A stretch of DNA of 64,000 bases from Octopus vulgaris (taxonomy: Eukaryota). The stretch spans positions 35,836,001 through 35,900,000 of the forward strand of contig OX597837.1 of assembly GCA_951406725.2 (NCBI GenBank), given 5' to 3'. The notes below the pieces were generated by a model. The model had not been told where the DNA came from and ran no database searches. It worked only from the letters and a program-made list of their open reading frames with translations. Of this stretch, positions 23,832-37,231 are shown in pieces (the stretch's first letter is position 1; the number at the start of each line of letters is the position of its first letter). Position numbers and translations under genes: made by a program.

Positions 23832-24458
23832 CTATTCTTCCCCCAAATACCCCACCCTCATTGTTGTAGCAATCGACCTCAGACGTTGGCAGACCTCAAG
23901 ACGTTTGCACTTGTGCTCTGCAGTAAGCTCTTTTGGCACCCATCTTGCACAGACTTTATGAAAGCCGAGCTCAACATGGATGATTTGATAGGCAGAACCA
24001 CGACTAATCTGCATAGAACGAGTTACTTCATCTATGATAACTTACTGGTTCACCATTATCATCTCTTGAGCATGCTGAATCTTCTCCTCAGTGGTGGAGG
24101 TTGACAGGCATCCTACTCTCTTTTCATGTGTCATGCTTATTTGGCAAATTTTAAATTTCTTGATCCACTCATACACACCGTCCCCGTATTGTGCTAAAAG
24201 CCTCTGATGAATTTCAACGTCTGACACATCTTCTGACCAGAGAAATCGGATCACTGCTCTTTGTCCTCCTTTGGTGCACCTTGCTAGTGGAACAACCATG
24301 CTTACACTGTAAAGAAAAGTGGTGCAGTCAGGCTCAAACTTCGATCACGTGACCACAATAGTACCAACTCTAAGCACACACACACAGAAGGCAGGGTGAC
24401 CATAATAAAGATATGTTATGGTGAAAGTACAGATAAATTCTGACTTCCCCTAATGTAT
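23832..24458 (-). mobile_element. Mariner 5' half (transposase pseudogene)
   Basis: QRAVIRFLW..EIHQRL..YG..VYEWIKKFK and KVCARWVPKEL motifs. Confidence 0.9.
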
Positions 24459-24465
24459 TTATATA

Positions 24466-24505
<40 letters not shown>

Positions 24506-24677
24506 TAAATATATGGCACAACGAAGTACCGATATTTACTGGAAAATAGCGAACGTAATAATACGACGCTAATGTATAGCTTCACCGCGTATGTACTAAC
24601 AAAAATATTTACTTCTATGTATAATTTTCCCTCACGGACTATTCTTTACTGGAAAGCAATACTCTCGTATTGCATTA

Positions 24678-24710
<33 letters not shown>

Positions 24711-24715
<5 letters not shown>

Positions 24716-24939
24716 CTTTACTACCCACAAGGGGCTAAACACAGAGGGGACAAACAAGGACAGACAAAGGATTAAGTCGATTACATTGACCCAGCGCGAA
24801 ACTGGTACTTTATTTATCGACCCCGAAAGGATGAAAGGCAAAGTCTACCTCGGTGGAATTTGAACTCAGAACGTAACGACAGACGAAATACTGCTATGCA
24901 TTTCACCCGGCGTGCTAACGTTTCTGCCAGCTCGCCGCC
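24711..24939 (-). mobile_element. SINE family B
   Basis: Full copy, abutting a family A 3' portion (24945-25210, +). Confidence 0.9.
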
Positions 24940-25214
24940 TTTATATGAATTTGGTAGACGGAAACTGAAAAAACCCCGTTGTATATATATATATGTATGT
25001 GTGTGTATATGTTTGTATGTCTGTGTTTGTCCCCACAACATTGCTTGACAACCGATGGTGGTTTGTTTACATCCCCATAACTTAGCAGTCTGGCAAAAGA
25101 GACCGATAGAATAAGTACTAGGCTTACAAAGAATAAATCCTTGACTACAAGCGATGCTCCAGCATGGCCGCAGTAAAATGACTGATACAAGTAAAAGAGT
25201 AAAAAGAGTGAGTG

Positions 25215-25254
<40 letters not shown>

Positions 25255-25474
25255 TAATAATAATAATAATATCATTATTACAAGCTTTTTGTGTATTTTT
25301 AAGTGTATAATTTCAGATAAACCATATGCCCTCCCCTTACACAATATGTCCACATGCGTGTGTGTGTGTTTATGCATATATGTATATATATATATATATG
25401 TGTGTGTGTGTACATGTGTGTATATTATATATATCTATGTATGATGTGTGTATATATATGTGTGCATATGTATG

Positions 25475-25522
<48 letters not shown>

Positions 25523-25559
25523 AATACGTATATATGTGTATGCTTATATATATATATAT

Positions 25560-25895
25560 ATATTAGGATATTCATACAATTCAACCCAGGTCTAGCAATA
25601 ATCACCAACATGATGATAATAAAATTTTTTAGACATCACATATTAGAGACTTTTCCAACCAAAAGCCAAAAGAGGAAACATTATTCATGAACAGAATTTC
25701 TGGTCATAAAATGTGGTACTTTATACATTTGGAAAAATATCAAATCTATCATCAGGAAAAGAGATATTTAAGAAAGACACATTGCAGCACAACATTAGCA
25801 AGAAGAAGATTTTAGTGAAAAACTGAAGGACACACAGCTTATGACTTCAAAACAGAAGGAAAGAAAATTTATCTGGTACAATACTCCATGTAACG
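25560..25895 (+). mobile_element. Decayed Penelope-like reverse transcriptase C-terminal fragment
   Basis: Frameshifted motifs IK-FLDITL, ISNLSSGKEIF and RKFIWYNTP resemble the Penelope RT thumb and the KIIWFNPPY linker. Confidence 0.6.
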
Positions 25896-25924
25896 CTGTA
25901 TGGAGGATTGTACCAGATGATACC

Positions 25925-26966
25925 TACTACATACATGCATACATACATGCATGCATACATACATACATACATGCATACATGCATACATACACACACACAT
26001 ACATGCATACATACATACATACATACATACATACGTGCATACATACATACATACATACATACATACATACATACATACATACATACATACATACATGCAA
26101 AGATAACAAGAGCGTTTCTGTTGCTATTAGCTAAAAAATATATTAAATGCAAAAAGAGGAAAATCAATTTGTGCAATTCCCCCTACATCACAATTGTGTT
26201 AATTATATGGGGGATTGTACCAGATGATACATCCATACATACATACATACATGCAAAGACAACAAGAGCTTTTCTATTACTCTTTGACTCTTTTATTTGT
26301 TTCAGTCAATTGTCTGTGGCCATGCTGGAGCACCACCTTTAAAAAAAATCGTCAACAAACTGCCATGGGAATGGAACTAACATGTCCCTAGATAACGGCT
26401 GAAGACTTTACCATTATGCTGAAATACCTGCTGACATTGTTATTAGCTATTATTATTACTATTAGCTAAAAAATATATCTAATGCAAAAAGAGGAAAATT
26501 AACTTGTGCAATTCCCCATATATCACAATTATGTTAATTGTATGGGGGATTGTACCAGATGATATATACATACATACATACATACACACAGATACATACA
26601 TACATACACACACAAATATATATATACATACATACATATATGCATGCATACATACATACATACATGCATAGACACACACATACATACATACACACACATA
26701 CATACATACATACATACATACACACACATATACATACATACATACATACATACATACATACATACATACATACATACATACATACACACAGATACGTACA
26801 TACATACACAAATATATATATACATACATACATACATGCATGCATACATACATACATACATACATGCATAGACACACACATACATACATACACACACATA
26901 CATATATACATACATACATACACACACATACATACATACATACATACACACACATACATACATACA

Positions 26967-26999
<33 letters not shown>

Positions 27000-27030
27000 T
27001 TACTTAAACATACATAATTGCATACATATA
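25925..27030. repeat. (ACAT)n tracts interleaved with repeated minus-strand Penelope-linker segments
   Basis: GGATTGTACCAGATGATA at about 25905, 26212 and 26547, each followed by (ACAT)n. Confidence 0.85.
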
Positions 27031-27214
27031 TGAAAAGACAGCAAGAAATTTTCTGTTGCTGTTAAGTACAAAGTCCCCTGTAATCCTCGCTCACCACGAA
27101 ATCTCTGACAGAAATATAGTAAGGATGAAACAGCTAGATGACAGATTCTAAAATCTCTTGTCCAATTTGAATCACGGAAAATAATACCTCACCCAGAGAG
27201 CAAGAACGTATACT

Positions 27215-27630
27215 CTTACTCTTTACTCTTTTACTTGTTTCAGTCATTTGACTGCGGCCATGCTGGAGCACCGCCTTTAGTCGAGCAAATCGACCCGAGG
27301 ACTTATTCTTTGTAAGCCCAGTACTTATTCTATCGGTCACTTTTGCCGAATCACTAAGTGACGGGGACGTATACACGCCAGCATCGGTTGTCAAGCAATG
27401 CTAGGGGGACAAACACAGACACACAAACACACACACGCACATACACACACAAACACACATATATATATATACATATATACGACAGGCTTCTTTCAGTTTC
27501 CGTCTACCAAATCCACCCACAAGGCATTGGTCGGCCCGGGGCTATAGCAGAAGACATTTGCCCAAGATGCCACGCAGTGGGACTGAACCCGGAACCATGT
27601 AGTTGGTAAGCAAGCTACTTACCACACAAC
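27215..27630 (-). mobile_element. SINE family A
   Basis: Full, CpG-rich copy. Confidence 0.9.
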
Positions 27631-28015
27631 CATGTCTACTAAGTTGCCTCTCAATGAAAAAAGGCTTTCAAGGGTGTTTAGATATAAATATACTGAAAAC
27701 AAAAGATGGTACTGGAATGGTATACATTAGTATACATATCTCTGTGCGCACAGCAAATGCATTCTTTCATTTCAAGAGACAGAATCATTTCTACATCACT
27801 GTCCTAATATATCAGGAAGCTGCAAAATCTAAACAATGGTGGAATGAATCACTAAATTTGTACAAGTATCCACTACTTTGTTTATCAATTAATTGGCCTA
27901 TCAATCAATCAGTCTATTAATCAATCACTCAGTTAGTCAGTCAGTCTATCTCTTTGGTTATCTATCTAACTGTCTGTCTGTCTATCTGGCTGTCTATCTG
28001 TCTATCCATCATCAT

Positions 28016-28049
<34 letters not shown>

Positions 28050-28519
28050 CATCTGTCTGTCTATCTATCTATCTATCTATCTATATCTATCTATCTATCA
28101 TCGTTCTATCTGTCTGTCTGTCTGTCCGTCCGTCCGTATGTATGTATGTATGTATGTATGCATGTATGTATGTATGTATGTATATCCATTTCTCTGTTTG
28201 TCTGTCCATCCTTTCACCCACACACACACTCACGTCTTTCTGTCTATATGTATGTGTGTGTGTATGTATGTATGGGTAAAGTATCATATATGATGGTAAT
28301 CCGTTTAAAACGCTGGGATGCAGAATCGTCTTAGTGTACCCTTGAATGGTCTTAGAGTACGCAACCAAACAACTGGGAGTGAGGGACCCCAAGATGTTGT
28401 CATAGCCTCCTTGTTAGAGAATCACATTCTGATGTAAAACCTGGAGTTTCGCATGATTTCTGGTCAACTCACTTCAGTCTGTCATTAGGCTTTAATCACA
28501 GAAACTCAGGGAGTGGGAC

Positions 28520-28860
28520 CCAGTTCACTCAGGTGTAGAAATGAGTTGCGACGTCACTGGGGCCAAGATGTATCGGCCCCTTTGCCTTTCCTTTGGATAA
28601 CATCGATGTCTTGGAGGGGGGAGGTTGGTATGCCCGGACTTGTGCCTCAGAGGGGAACTTTCTGGGTGCAATGCCATGGTCATTCATGACCAAAAGGGGT
28701 CTTTACCCTTTATCCTATGTACATATAATATAATGTAGAGAGAGGAGGGCTGGGCGACTGGGGATCTTCCATAAAGAACCTTACCCGGAGTTGTGTCTCA
28801 GAGGGGAACTTTCTAGGTGCAACTCCATGATTATTTCTGACCGAAGGGGGTCTTGTCTTT
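28520..28860 (+). mobile_element. SINE family D 3' fragments (two)
   Basis: GTGCCTCAGAGGGGAACTTTCT..GTGCAA occurs twice; matches the reverse complement of 6670-6880. Confidence 0.75.
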
Positions 28861-29230
28861 TATTTTATGACAATAATCCAAAGACGTACGGATGTCTCTT
28901 TTGGGTGACCTGATTTGTCTTTCCATTTTCTGAAAGTCCTATGGCTGTGGAAGATTGTTAACGGGCGCAGACCTAACCAGATAGAAGCGCACAGCAGGAT
29001 ACATCTTCCATTTGTTACTTATGCTCCAAAGCACGCAGATCTGTAACAGGACTGAGTAGTCTTCTGAGTGGAAAACGAAGTACCAGGAGATAAGAATCCT
29101 TTGTGAGGATGGAGAAATCTCCCTGTACGAATGCATTGGAGTTCCACTTATGTCTTCACAGAGGCATCCAGTTAGTTATGAACACACTTGTGAACATCTA
29201 GCGTAGCAAGAGATTAACTTGACCAAAGTA

Positions 29231-30498
29231 TTAAGTTGTCTCACATGAAATATTGTATTTTAAATGGGTTTCTTATGAGTCGTCTATAAATGGATTTTTA
29301 ATGAGATTCTATGTATATGCTTGTGTTTGCTCTTGACTCGTTTTTTTTTTCGAGACAATTCTATTATTCCAAATTGCTACCCAGAGCTCTTTGGACAATG
29401 TCGACAACTGAACAATCCCGAGTGATTTTCTTGTATGAATACAAGTTGGGTCACTCTGCCACTGAAGCTCTACGAAACATCAAGTAGGCTTTTGGTAACG
29501 ATTCTGTTGACATCAGAACGGTTCAGAGATGGTTCCAAAGATTTTGTTCAAGAAACGGAAGCCTTAAAAATGAACCAAGAAGGAGACCGAAATCAGTTAT
29601 TCGGCATGATGAATTGAATGCTTTGGTTAAATGAAATCCGAGAAAAACAATCCGAAACATCGGACCAAAGCTCCAGACATCTCCCGCAACTGCTTCTCGA
29701 CACTTGAAGAAAATTGGAAGTCAAAAAGATGGATAGGTTTGTTCCCCATCAACTTAATGAGATTCAAAGAAACATACGCCTTCCAGTGTGTTCCATGTTG
29801 ATTTCTCGGTTGGAAAGAGAACCATTTTTGTATTAACTCATTACGTGTGACGAGAAATGGATACTCTTTGATAACAGCAGGAGGACAGGACAGAGGTTAG
29901 ATGCAGGAGAGTCACCAAAACACTACCCAAAACCACCGTTGCACCCTAAAAAGTTGATGGTCACTGTATGGTGGTCAACAAAGAGGCTTATTCATTATTC
30001 ATTTTTGCAACAAGGGAAAACTGTAACAGCAACATTTTATTGTCAGGAAATCGATTGTATGCAGGAAAAATTAAAAAAGAAGCAACCCAGATTATTGAAT
30101 GGGAAGGACCCAATTTTGCTTCATGATAATTCACGGCCTCACACTTCTCAAGCTCCACAAGTTGCAAAGCCTGAATTACGAAATTCTGGCACATCCTCCT
30201 TATTCTCCTGATATCTCTCCTACTGATTATCACATATTTAAACACTTTGAGCTTGCTATACGCCATAAAAAATTGTTAAATAAAGAAGAGGTAATTGAAG
30301 CATTTCGAACAGTTTATCAGTGTAAAAGATGACAAATTCTTTGAAGATGGAATATATGCCTTAGAGGAATGTTAGATGAAAATCATAAATGAATAAGGAT
30401 CGCATTTTGATTAAATAAATAAATATTCTAAAACTTAAAAAACAAACAACTTTAATGTTTCCTGTTTCAAATGCGACATTTCATGTGAGGTAACCTAA
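29231..30498 (+). mobile_element. Full-length decayed mariner transposon
   Basis: Imperfect TIRs of about 30 bp (TTAAGTTGTCTCACATGAAAT / ATTTCATGTGAGGTAACCTAA), TA on both sides, 1268 bp. Confidence 0.95.
29398..30414 (+). pseudogene. Mariner D,D34D-type transposase pseudogene
   Basis: MSTTEQSRVIFLYEYKLG..RTVQRWF, FVPHQL, ITCDEKW, LLHDNSRPH and HPPYSPDISPTDY, with stops and frameshifts. Confidence 0.95.
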
Positions 30499-31121
30499 TA
30501 TTCTAAATCCTTAGGATATTATTGAGTACACTTTCTTCGAATACTAGATACTAAAAGTAGGTGTATGTAGAAGGTGATATCAAAAAGTTCCCGGGCTAAT
30601 TTTGTTGTGCGCCAACAGAGGGCAGCACATGGTTGCGCGTGCAGAGAGCTAGCAGTGACCTTCATGAGGCAGTGTGTCGAGCGACGTCGCTGTGTTTAAT
30701 TTGCAATTGAAGAAGCCCAAAACAGAGAATTTTAGTCAGTGTCCTCATCATATGAAATTCATGTTAGAACATGGAAAAACCTCACTGCCGATTAGCAAAA
30801 CTAATCATCCATACACTCACCCTTTTTGAGCCGATCTAAGGGAGATAACTCCATATGACCAGAAAAATTGTCGGAAAGTAGAATTTCGTTTCAGGAATTT
30901 TGTTTACAGCCCCAGCTGACACCAAGACCCTTTCCTTCTTCCAGTTGTAGAGAGGGTCCGTACCTCTGCTTATCAAGTCTGATGAGTCACCTATACCCGT
31001 TAAGAACCTCATGGGTGCAAAAACAATGGTCATTCACTGACCGGTCTTAACCAACGACTCTTCTTGTATTACCGCTCTAAAGTTTAGAGTGTGGTTCTTT
31101 GCGGATTTATGAACTAATGAC

Positions 31122-31203
31122 CTACATATATGTATGTATGTGTGTGTCCGTCCCATTTTTTGTATTAGTTTTTATATACACATAGCGGCGTACGTACACT
31201 TTG

Positions 31204-31279
<76 letters not shown>

Positions 31280-31321
31280 ATATATGGTTATACATACATA
31301 TACATACATATATACATACAT

Positions 31322-31368
<47 letters not shown>

Positions 31369-31679
31369 AACGCACACAGATTTATATATACATATGTACA
31401 TATACATACACACAATACACAACACACGCACACACGCAGATTTATATATACATAAACATACACACACACACACAACACACACGCACACTCACACACATTG
31501 AAAACTGTCTGATGAAGGGCCACGTGAAACTCTGTGAAGATTTTTTCAGTTTTAATAAAAAGATATATATATATATGTGTGTTTGTGTATATGTGTGTGC
31601 ACGCGTATATATATATATATATACACACATATATAAACATATATGTATGTATAGATTCATGTGTGTGCATTCGTGCGTA

Positions 31680-31717
<38 letters not shown>

Positions 31718-31722
31718 TGTGT

Positions 31723-31762
<40 letters not shown>
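31122..31762. repeat. Compound (CT)/(TA)/(CA)/(TG) microsatellite
   Basis: Direct reading. Confidence 0.9.
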
Positions 31763-31767
<5 letters not shown>

Positions 31768-31959
31768 TCAAAGGACTGTATGGTCCAGTAGAAATAAGTC
31801 TAGTTATACCCCAGTGAAAAAAAAAAAACCAACAGCAAAAAGCAACAAACAACAAAAACTAGGTTTTATTTTTTCTTATACCTGACTGGACCGTTGCCAG
31901 TTTGGCAGCCGAGTGGCTGGCTTCAGCAACGCCACCAACACCACTACGATCATTAGCAA

Positions 31960-32294
31960 CATCATCATCATCATCATCGTCGTCATCGTCATCGTCATCA
32001 TCGTCATCATGGTAGAGAGAGACGATGATAACAAAATAGGATAAAGGAAAAAAGGAGCCGAGGGTTAATCATCACCGATCGATTCTATGGGAGATTTGGT
32101 TTTGGAGAGGAATGAACGAACGACAGCCATGAGGGCGATGGTGGTGTTGGTGGCGGTGGTGATGAGGATGATGAAGGTGGTGGTGGTGGTGGTGGTGGTG
32201 GTGGTGGTGGTGGTGGACGAGGAAGAAGAGGAGGAGGAAGGGGAGGAGAGAAGTGATGACGATGACGATAACTGCGATGATCTTTATGTTGGTA

Positions 32295-32362
<68 letters not shown>

Positions 32363-32653
32363 GGAGGGTGGAAGAGGAAGAGGAGGGGAGGAAGGGGAGG
32401 AGAGAAGTGATGACGATGATGATAACTGCGATGATCATTATGTTGGTAATGATGATGATGATGATGATGATGGTGGTGGTAGTGGTGAAAGTGGTAGTGG
32501 CGGTGGTAGTAGTAGACGTTGTGATGTTTATGATGTTGATGATGATGACGACGGCGATTATTATTATTATTATTACTATTATTATTATCTTCATTAATAA
32601 TAATAATAATAATAATCATCATCACCATCACCATCATCATCACCATGATCATG

Positions 32654-32687
<34 letters not shown>

Positions 32688-32728
32688 CCTCCATCATCAT
32701 CATCATCATCACCATGATCATGATCATC

Positions 32729-32759
<31 letters not shown>

Positions 32760-32826
32760 TCATAGCTGTTGTTGCTTTAATTGGTATCGTTGTTCTTGCC
32801 TTTGTTGTTGTTGTTGTTGTTGTTGA
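31960..32826. repeat. Trinucleotide complex (CAT/GGT/GAT/ATT/AAT/CAT/GTT) with a direct duplication of about 154 bp
   Basis: GGAGAGAAGTGATGACGAT..AACTGCGATGATC at about 32245 and 32399. Confidence 0.9.
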
Positions 32827-33027
32827 GTAGTGGCAACACAAAGTATTCCCCCCACCACCACCACCCACAATCAGCCAGCACCTGTTTATTGGTGAGGTTG
32901 TGTTCCTTTCCTGGTTTTTGCGTAGTTAACAGGAACAGACGCTTTTATTTGGAGGACGGAGAAATGGTAGCTCTGGCTGTTACACCTAACAAGGTCAATG
33001 AACTACAATATGTGTATGTGCGTTTGT

Positions 33028-33074
<47 letters not shown>

Positions 33075-33626
33075 CACACATATATATATGCGTACATATA
33101 TTAGAAGGTTTGGAGGTGATGTACAGGTATTGTATATTAGAAGAAATAAGGTACTCAGAAATCTGGGTGGTTTTATATTTACAGATTTTTATTAATAAGT
33201 CACATGTTTTTATAAATCATACATTAGCGCTTGCATCTACTCTAGTAGAATCTCCAGATTTGAATGTATATATATATAAACTAATACACCAGCTTATTGT
33301 TCATACACATGTCTTCGTCTTTTGCTTTTCTGTAAATTTCAGCTATATGTGTGTGTATATATTGTATGTTTCAGAACGAAGTGTTAGCTGAGTATAGAGT
33401 AGTAATAAGAGAAATGACAAAGGAATAAATCCTTATCTTCTGAGATTCATTGGCTCACAGTTGTTTCTGCTATAAGATGCAGTGGACTCAGAGTTGAGTG
33501 CCTGAGTAACAGCTTATAGCTTCATCGGAGCCTTGAATATGGAATGCAATTCAGAAACAGCTGTAAGCGCACGAAGTTCATATGATATTCATTTATATCT
33601 TCGTCATCTCTCTTTCTTATATAATA

Positions 33627-33666
33627 CTAGCTTAAAAGCTGCACCCCGTGCGGACTTTTAAGCTAG
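33627..33666 (-). mobile_element. Strong hairpin, probable Helitron 3' terminus
   Basis: CTAGCTTAAAAG-CTGCAC-CCC-GTGCGG-A-CTTTTAAGCTAG, ending CTAGT on the minus strand. Confidence 0.45.
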
Positions 33667-33749
33667 CCTCGGTGGAGAACTAATTTTTTTTTTTTTTTTT
33701 TGCTTCTCGGTTTTTTTTTTTTCATTCTTTCTTCATTTTTTCCCTCTTA

Positions 33750-34185
33750 GGATCTTTTTCGGTTTGAACAGCAGTTTTTTCTAGCGGTGTCATATGAAAT
33801 TGTCACCCATAATTATGACCCTAATATCGATCTTTTGCATTTCAATCTATTTTAGGGTTAGAGATAGGGTTAGGGTTAGGGTTAGGGGTGGTGGAAGGGT
33901 ATCTTTTTTTCTTCAGAAATGTAAAAAAAAACCCAATCTGTTTCTTAAACGAAAGACATATTCATACGGCACAGAATGTTTTCACCTCAATAGACGGTCA
34001 TTGATTGGTTGAAATTGCAGAAATTGAAGAAAAACAACAACAAATATCTTACAAACTATAGAATTTTCTCAATAAAGCCAAGAGAAAAAGATGTTTTATA
34101 AACACATTCTACCAGTATACGAATTTAAAATTTTTTAGTTATCTAGAAATTATGTTAAAAACTGCCGTTCAAACCGAAAAGATCC
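33750..34185. mobile_element. Non-autonomous TIR transposon with 8-bp target duplication and internal (TTAGGG)n
   Basis: TIR GGATCTTTT(T)CGGTTTGAAC.GCAGTTTTT of about 30 bp; exact duplication CCCTCTTA at 33742-33749 and 34186-34193; TTAGGG run at 33852-33887. Confidence 0.92.
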
Positions 34186-34275
34186 CCCTCTTATTCCTTT
34201 CTGTCGAAGAGCATAGGCTCGAAAGGTAAAGGACTTTTCCATTCTTCCCAAGCGTTAAACTAATACACCTACTTG

Positions 34276-34442
34276 TAGGGCCGGTTCTAGGGCTGCTGGT
34301 GCCCCCGGCAAGCTGAACTTCGGCGTGTACAAGCTGACGGTCGTGAAAATTTCCTTGTTTTTGTCACGCCTTCCATGACCCCTCCTAGCACATGGTGCCC
34401 CGAGGCGACTGCCCCAGTTGTCGATACCTTGAGCCGGCCCTG
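34276..34442. mobile_element. hAT-like MITE
   Basis: TAGGGCCGG...CCGGCCCTG termini; second copy at 60444-60602. Confidence 0.8.
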
Positions 34443-34885
34443 CTTGATTAGTGTTGTTGGAAATATTAAATGAAGGTGAAGAAACGTGAAAGGATTCTTG
34501 TGACAATAAGTTGTTGTGACAGGTTTTGCAACGGCTGGAAAAGCAGGGATTTTGATTAAAAATAAACGGTGAATGTTTGTCGTAGCTTTCGCAAGAAACA
34601 TATTGTCGTTTAATTTCATAATTTATATTCAAAAGGCATAAAAAGAACGGAAAAACCAAACGCTATGTTGATTTAAAATGGCAGGCGATCACACACACAT
34701 ACACGTAGAGGCAAACGAACACGAACATACGACATGAGCATACGCAAACGATATAATTTTCTTCTCATGGCCGGATCTTACATGTGAAAACCAATCAAAT
34801 ACTTATAAAACACATTTGCTCGTTGTTTTAGAAAAAATTATTTTTGAATAAAATGAAAATAGTTTAATATTACATTTCACACTTT

Positions 34886-34910
34886 CACACACGCACACAT
34901 TCAGGCCCAT

Positions 34911-34962
<52 letters not shown>

Positions 34963-35019
34963 ACACACACGCACACACACATACACACACACACATACAC
35001 ACACATACACACTCTCACA

Positions 35020-35068
<49 letters not shown>

Positions 35069-35129
35069 ACACATACACACACACATACACACACACACAC
35101 TCTCACACACAAACACACACACGCACACA

Positions 35130-35170
<41 letters not shown>

Positions 35171-35191
35171 ACACACACTCTCACACACACA

Positions 35192-35243
<52 letters not shown>
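34886..35243. repeat. (CA)n microsatellite
   Basis: Direct reading. Confidence 0.97.
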
Positions 35244-35246
<3 letters not shown>

Positions 35247-35518
35247 ACGTATGTCTATATAATATATTACGTTGTTGATAATTTCAAGCAAATAGACTAA
35301 ACATTATTTCACACGCACCACGCACTTTGATTCAGAAATATTTTCGAAAGAAAAGAATCTAAAGTGAAACCGTTAATCAAGACACGATTTTTATCTTCTC
35401 CTTCCGTTTATTTTCCATCGCCATTTTCTTTCCTCGTCCCTTTTCTGTTGTAAAGTGTAGGCTCGAAACTTCAAAGTTTGTTGCCCCCTCGCCTGGCTCT
35501 GTCTTCTGTCCTTCGTAC

Positions 35519-35730
35519 CGAGCTGGCAGACACGTTAGCACGCCGGGCGAAATGCTTGGCGGTATTTCGTCTGTCGTTACGTTCTGAGTTCAAATTCCGC
35601 CGAGGTCGACTTTCCCTTTCATCCTTTCGGGGTCGATAAATAAAGTACCAGTTTCTCACTAGAGGCGATATAATCGACTCAATCCCTTCATCTGTCCTTG
35701 TTTGGCCCCTTGTGGGCAGTAAAGAAATAT
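35519..35730 (+). mobile_element. SINE family B
   Basis: Near full, CpG-intact copy. Confidence 0.9.
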
Positions 35731-35825
35731 ACATTTTCACCACACACACACACACACACTCTCTCTCATACACACACGCACACACGTACACTCGCACGCA
35801 CACACGCACACACACGCACACACAC

Positions 35826-35857
<32 letters not shown>

Positions 35858-36554
35858 CAAAACAGGCGATTGGAAAATTTTGGGGGATGTTATTTATCCA
35901 GCATTATACGTGTTTCATTCGCCAAAAAGAGTCACAAATTTGTACATGCAGAAGCAAGCATGTAAGATACCCACTTTCAGAAATTCCTCAAAGACTCAAA
36001 TAATAATTTTTAACAGTAGATATCTTCCAGGTTTTCTACGGCGTACACAATTTTGTAACTCGTGTAGGTGCATTAACTCCCTTGACAGCGGGATTAACAG
36101 GCTAGCGATATAGAGGGCGTTACGCAACATTAAGGTTCAGATACGTGACCTCATCTCTTCCTCTCTTTTGCACTGATACGCAATCTGTGAGGACGCAACT
36201 CGACTGGCTCTTTCTTATACCACAGGCCAGTTTGCAGCTAGGCGCAGGGCACAAAAGACCAAGGCCTTCACGCTCCAACTGTTCTATTTATCATTCCATT
36301 GTGTGTATACGTGTGGCCACAATAAACATGTTTAAAGTTACAACCTTGCTTGTATATGTTCTTCATCCGGGTTTATTACCAGACGAGATTGCAGCCCTTC
36401 TGGGGGTCATATTAGGTGGCTCAACAACGACCTACTACATTTAAACTCGTATTAGTAAATGAAACACCTGTAATGGTGAGTAAATAACACCAACAAATTT
36501 TCCAATCTCCTGTTTTGATATTAATCTGCAGAAAATATTTCCCCGTATTTTCAT

Positions 36555-37230
36555 CGAATCTTTACCTTTTGACCTACAGATTTAAAAAATAATTTTTTGT
36601 AACTAAACACTTTCAAATTTCGGACACTGGTAGAATGTGTCGTATAAAACATCTTTTACTCTTAGCATTTTTGAGGAAAAACTTATATTTACGAAGTTAT
36701 TTCACGTTAAAGTTGTCATATTTCGGTAATTTCAACCAATCAATGACGTGTATTCAGCTGAATAAAAACACTGCTGTTGTTTGTCAACAAGAACTTCCGG
36801 TGGTGTATATTTCGTTTGTCACTGTTGGCACGTAAAAAGCACCCACTACACTCACGGAGTGGTTGGCGTTAGAAAGGGCATCCAGCTGTAGAAACATTGC
36901 CAGATAAGACTGGAGCCTGGCTTCCCAGATCCCCGGTCGAACCGTCCAACCCATGCTAGCATGGAGAACGGACTTTAAACGATGATGATGATGATGATGA
37001 TGATAATTTATGACAACCCTAACCCTAAAGCTCTAGCCTTTACCCTAAAACCTTAATCCTAACCCTAACCCTAAAACCCTAACCCTAACACCCTAACCCT
37101 AAAACCCTAACCCTAAAACCTTAAAACCAGTACAAATGCACAGACGATGTCATAAATAACAGTGACAAACGAAAAATACACCGCTGATAGTTGTTGTTGA
37201 CAAACAATGGCAGTAATTTTATTCAGCTTC
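36555..37230. mobile_element. Relative of the 33750 element in opposite orientation, with a (CCCTAA)n core between inverted repeats; right end missing
   Basis: 36585-36760 aligns by eye with the reverse complement of 33990-34165. Inverted repeats at 36756-36826 and 37148-37229 flank CCCTAA at 37016-37125. A family E SINE is inserted at 36827-37003. Confidence 0.75.
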
Positions 37231-37231
37231 C

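Noticed and set aside
31505-31545. Additional hammerhead motifs (also about 16315, 19525, 33555 and 43450)
   Set aside because: Only partial cores; stem II or the cleavage triplet is missing.
31880-32012. Minus-strand signal-peptide-like first exon (MMT..MLLMIVVVLVALLKP) ending at CAG|GTATAA
   Set aside because: The hydrophobic run derives largely from the (ATG)n repeat and there is no independent support.
36054-36439. Solo LTR (TGTAA...CTACA with AATAAA)
   Set aside because: No matching target-site duplication and no second copy in the window; cannot be supported.
37016-37125. True telomere or chromosome fusion site
   Set aside because: Short, degenerate and embedded in a TIR-element relative. 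The short runs at about 20780 and 46205 are also too small.
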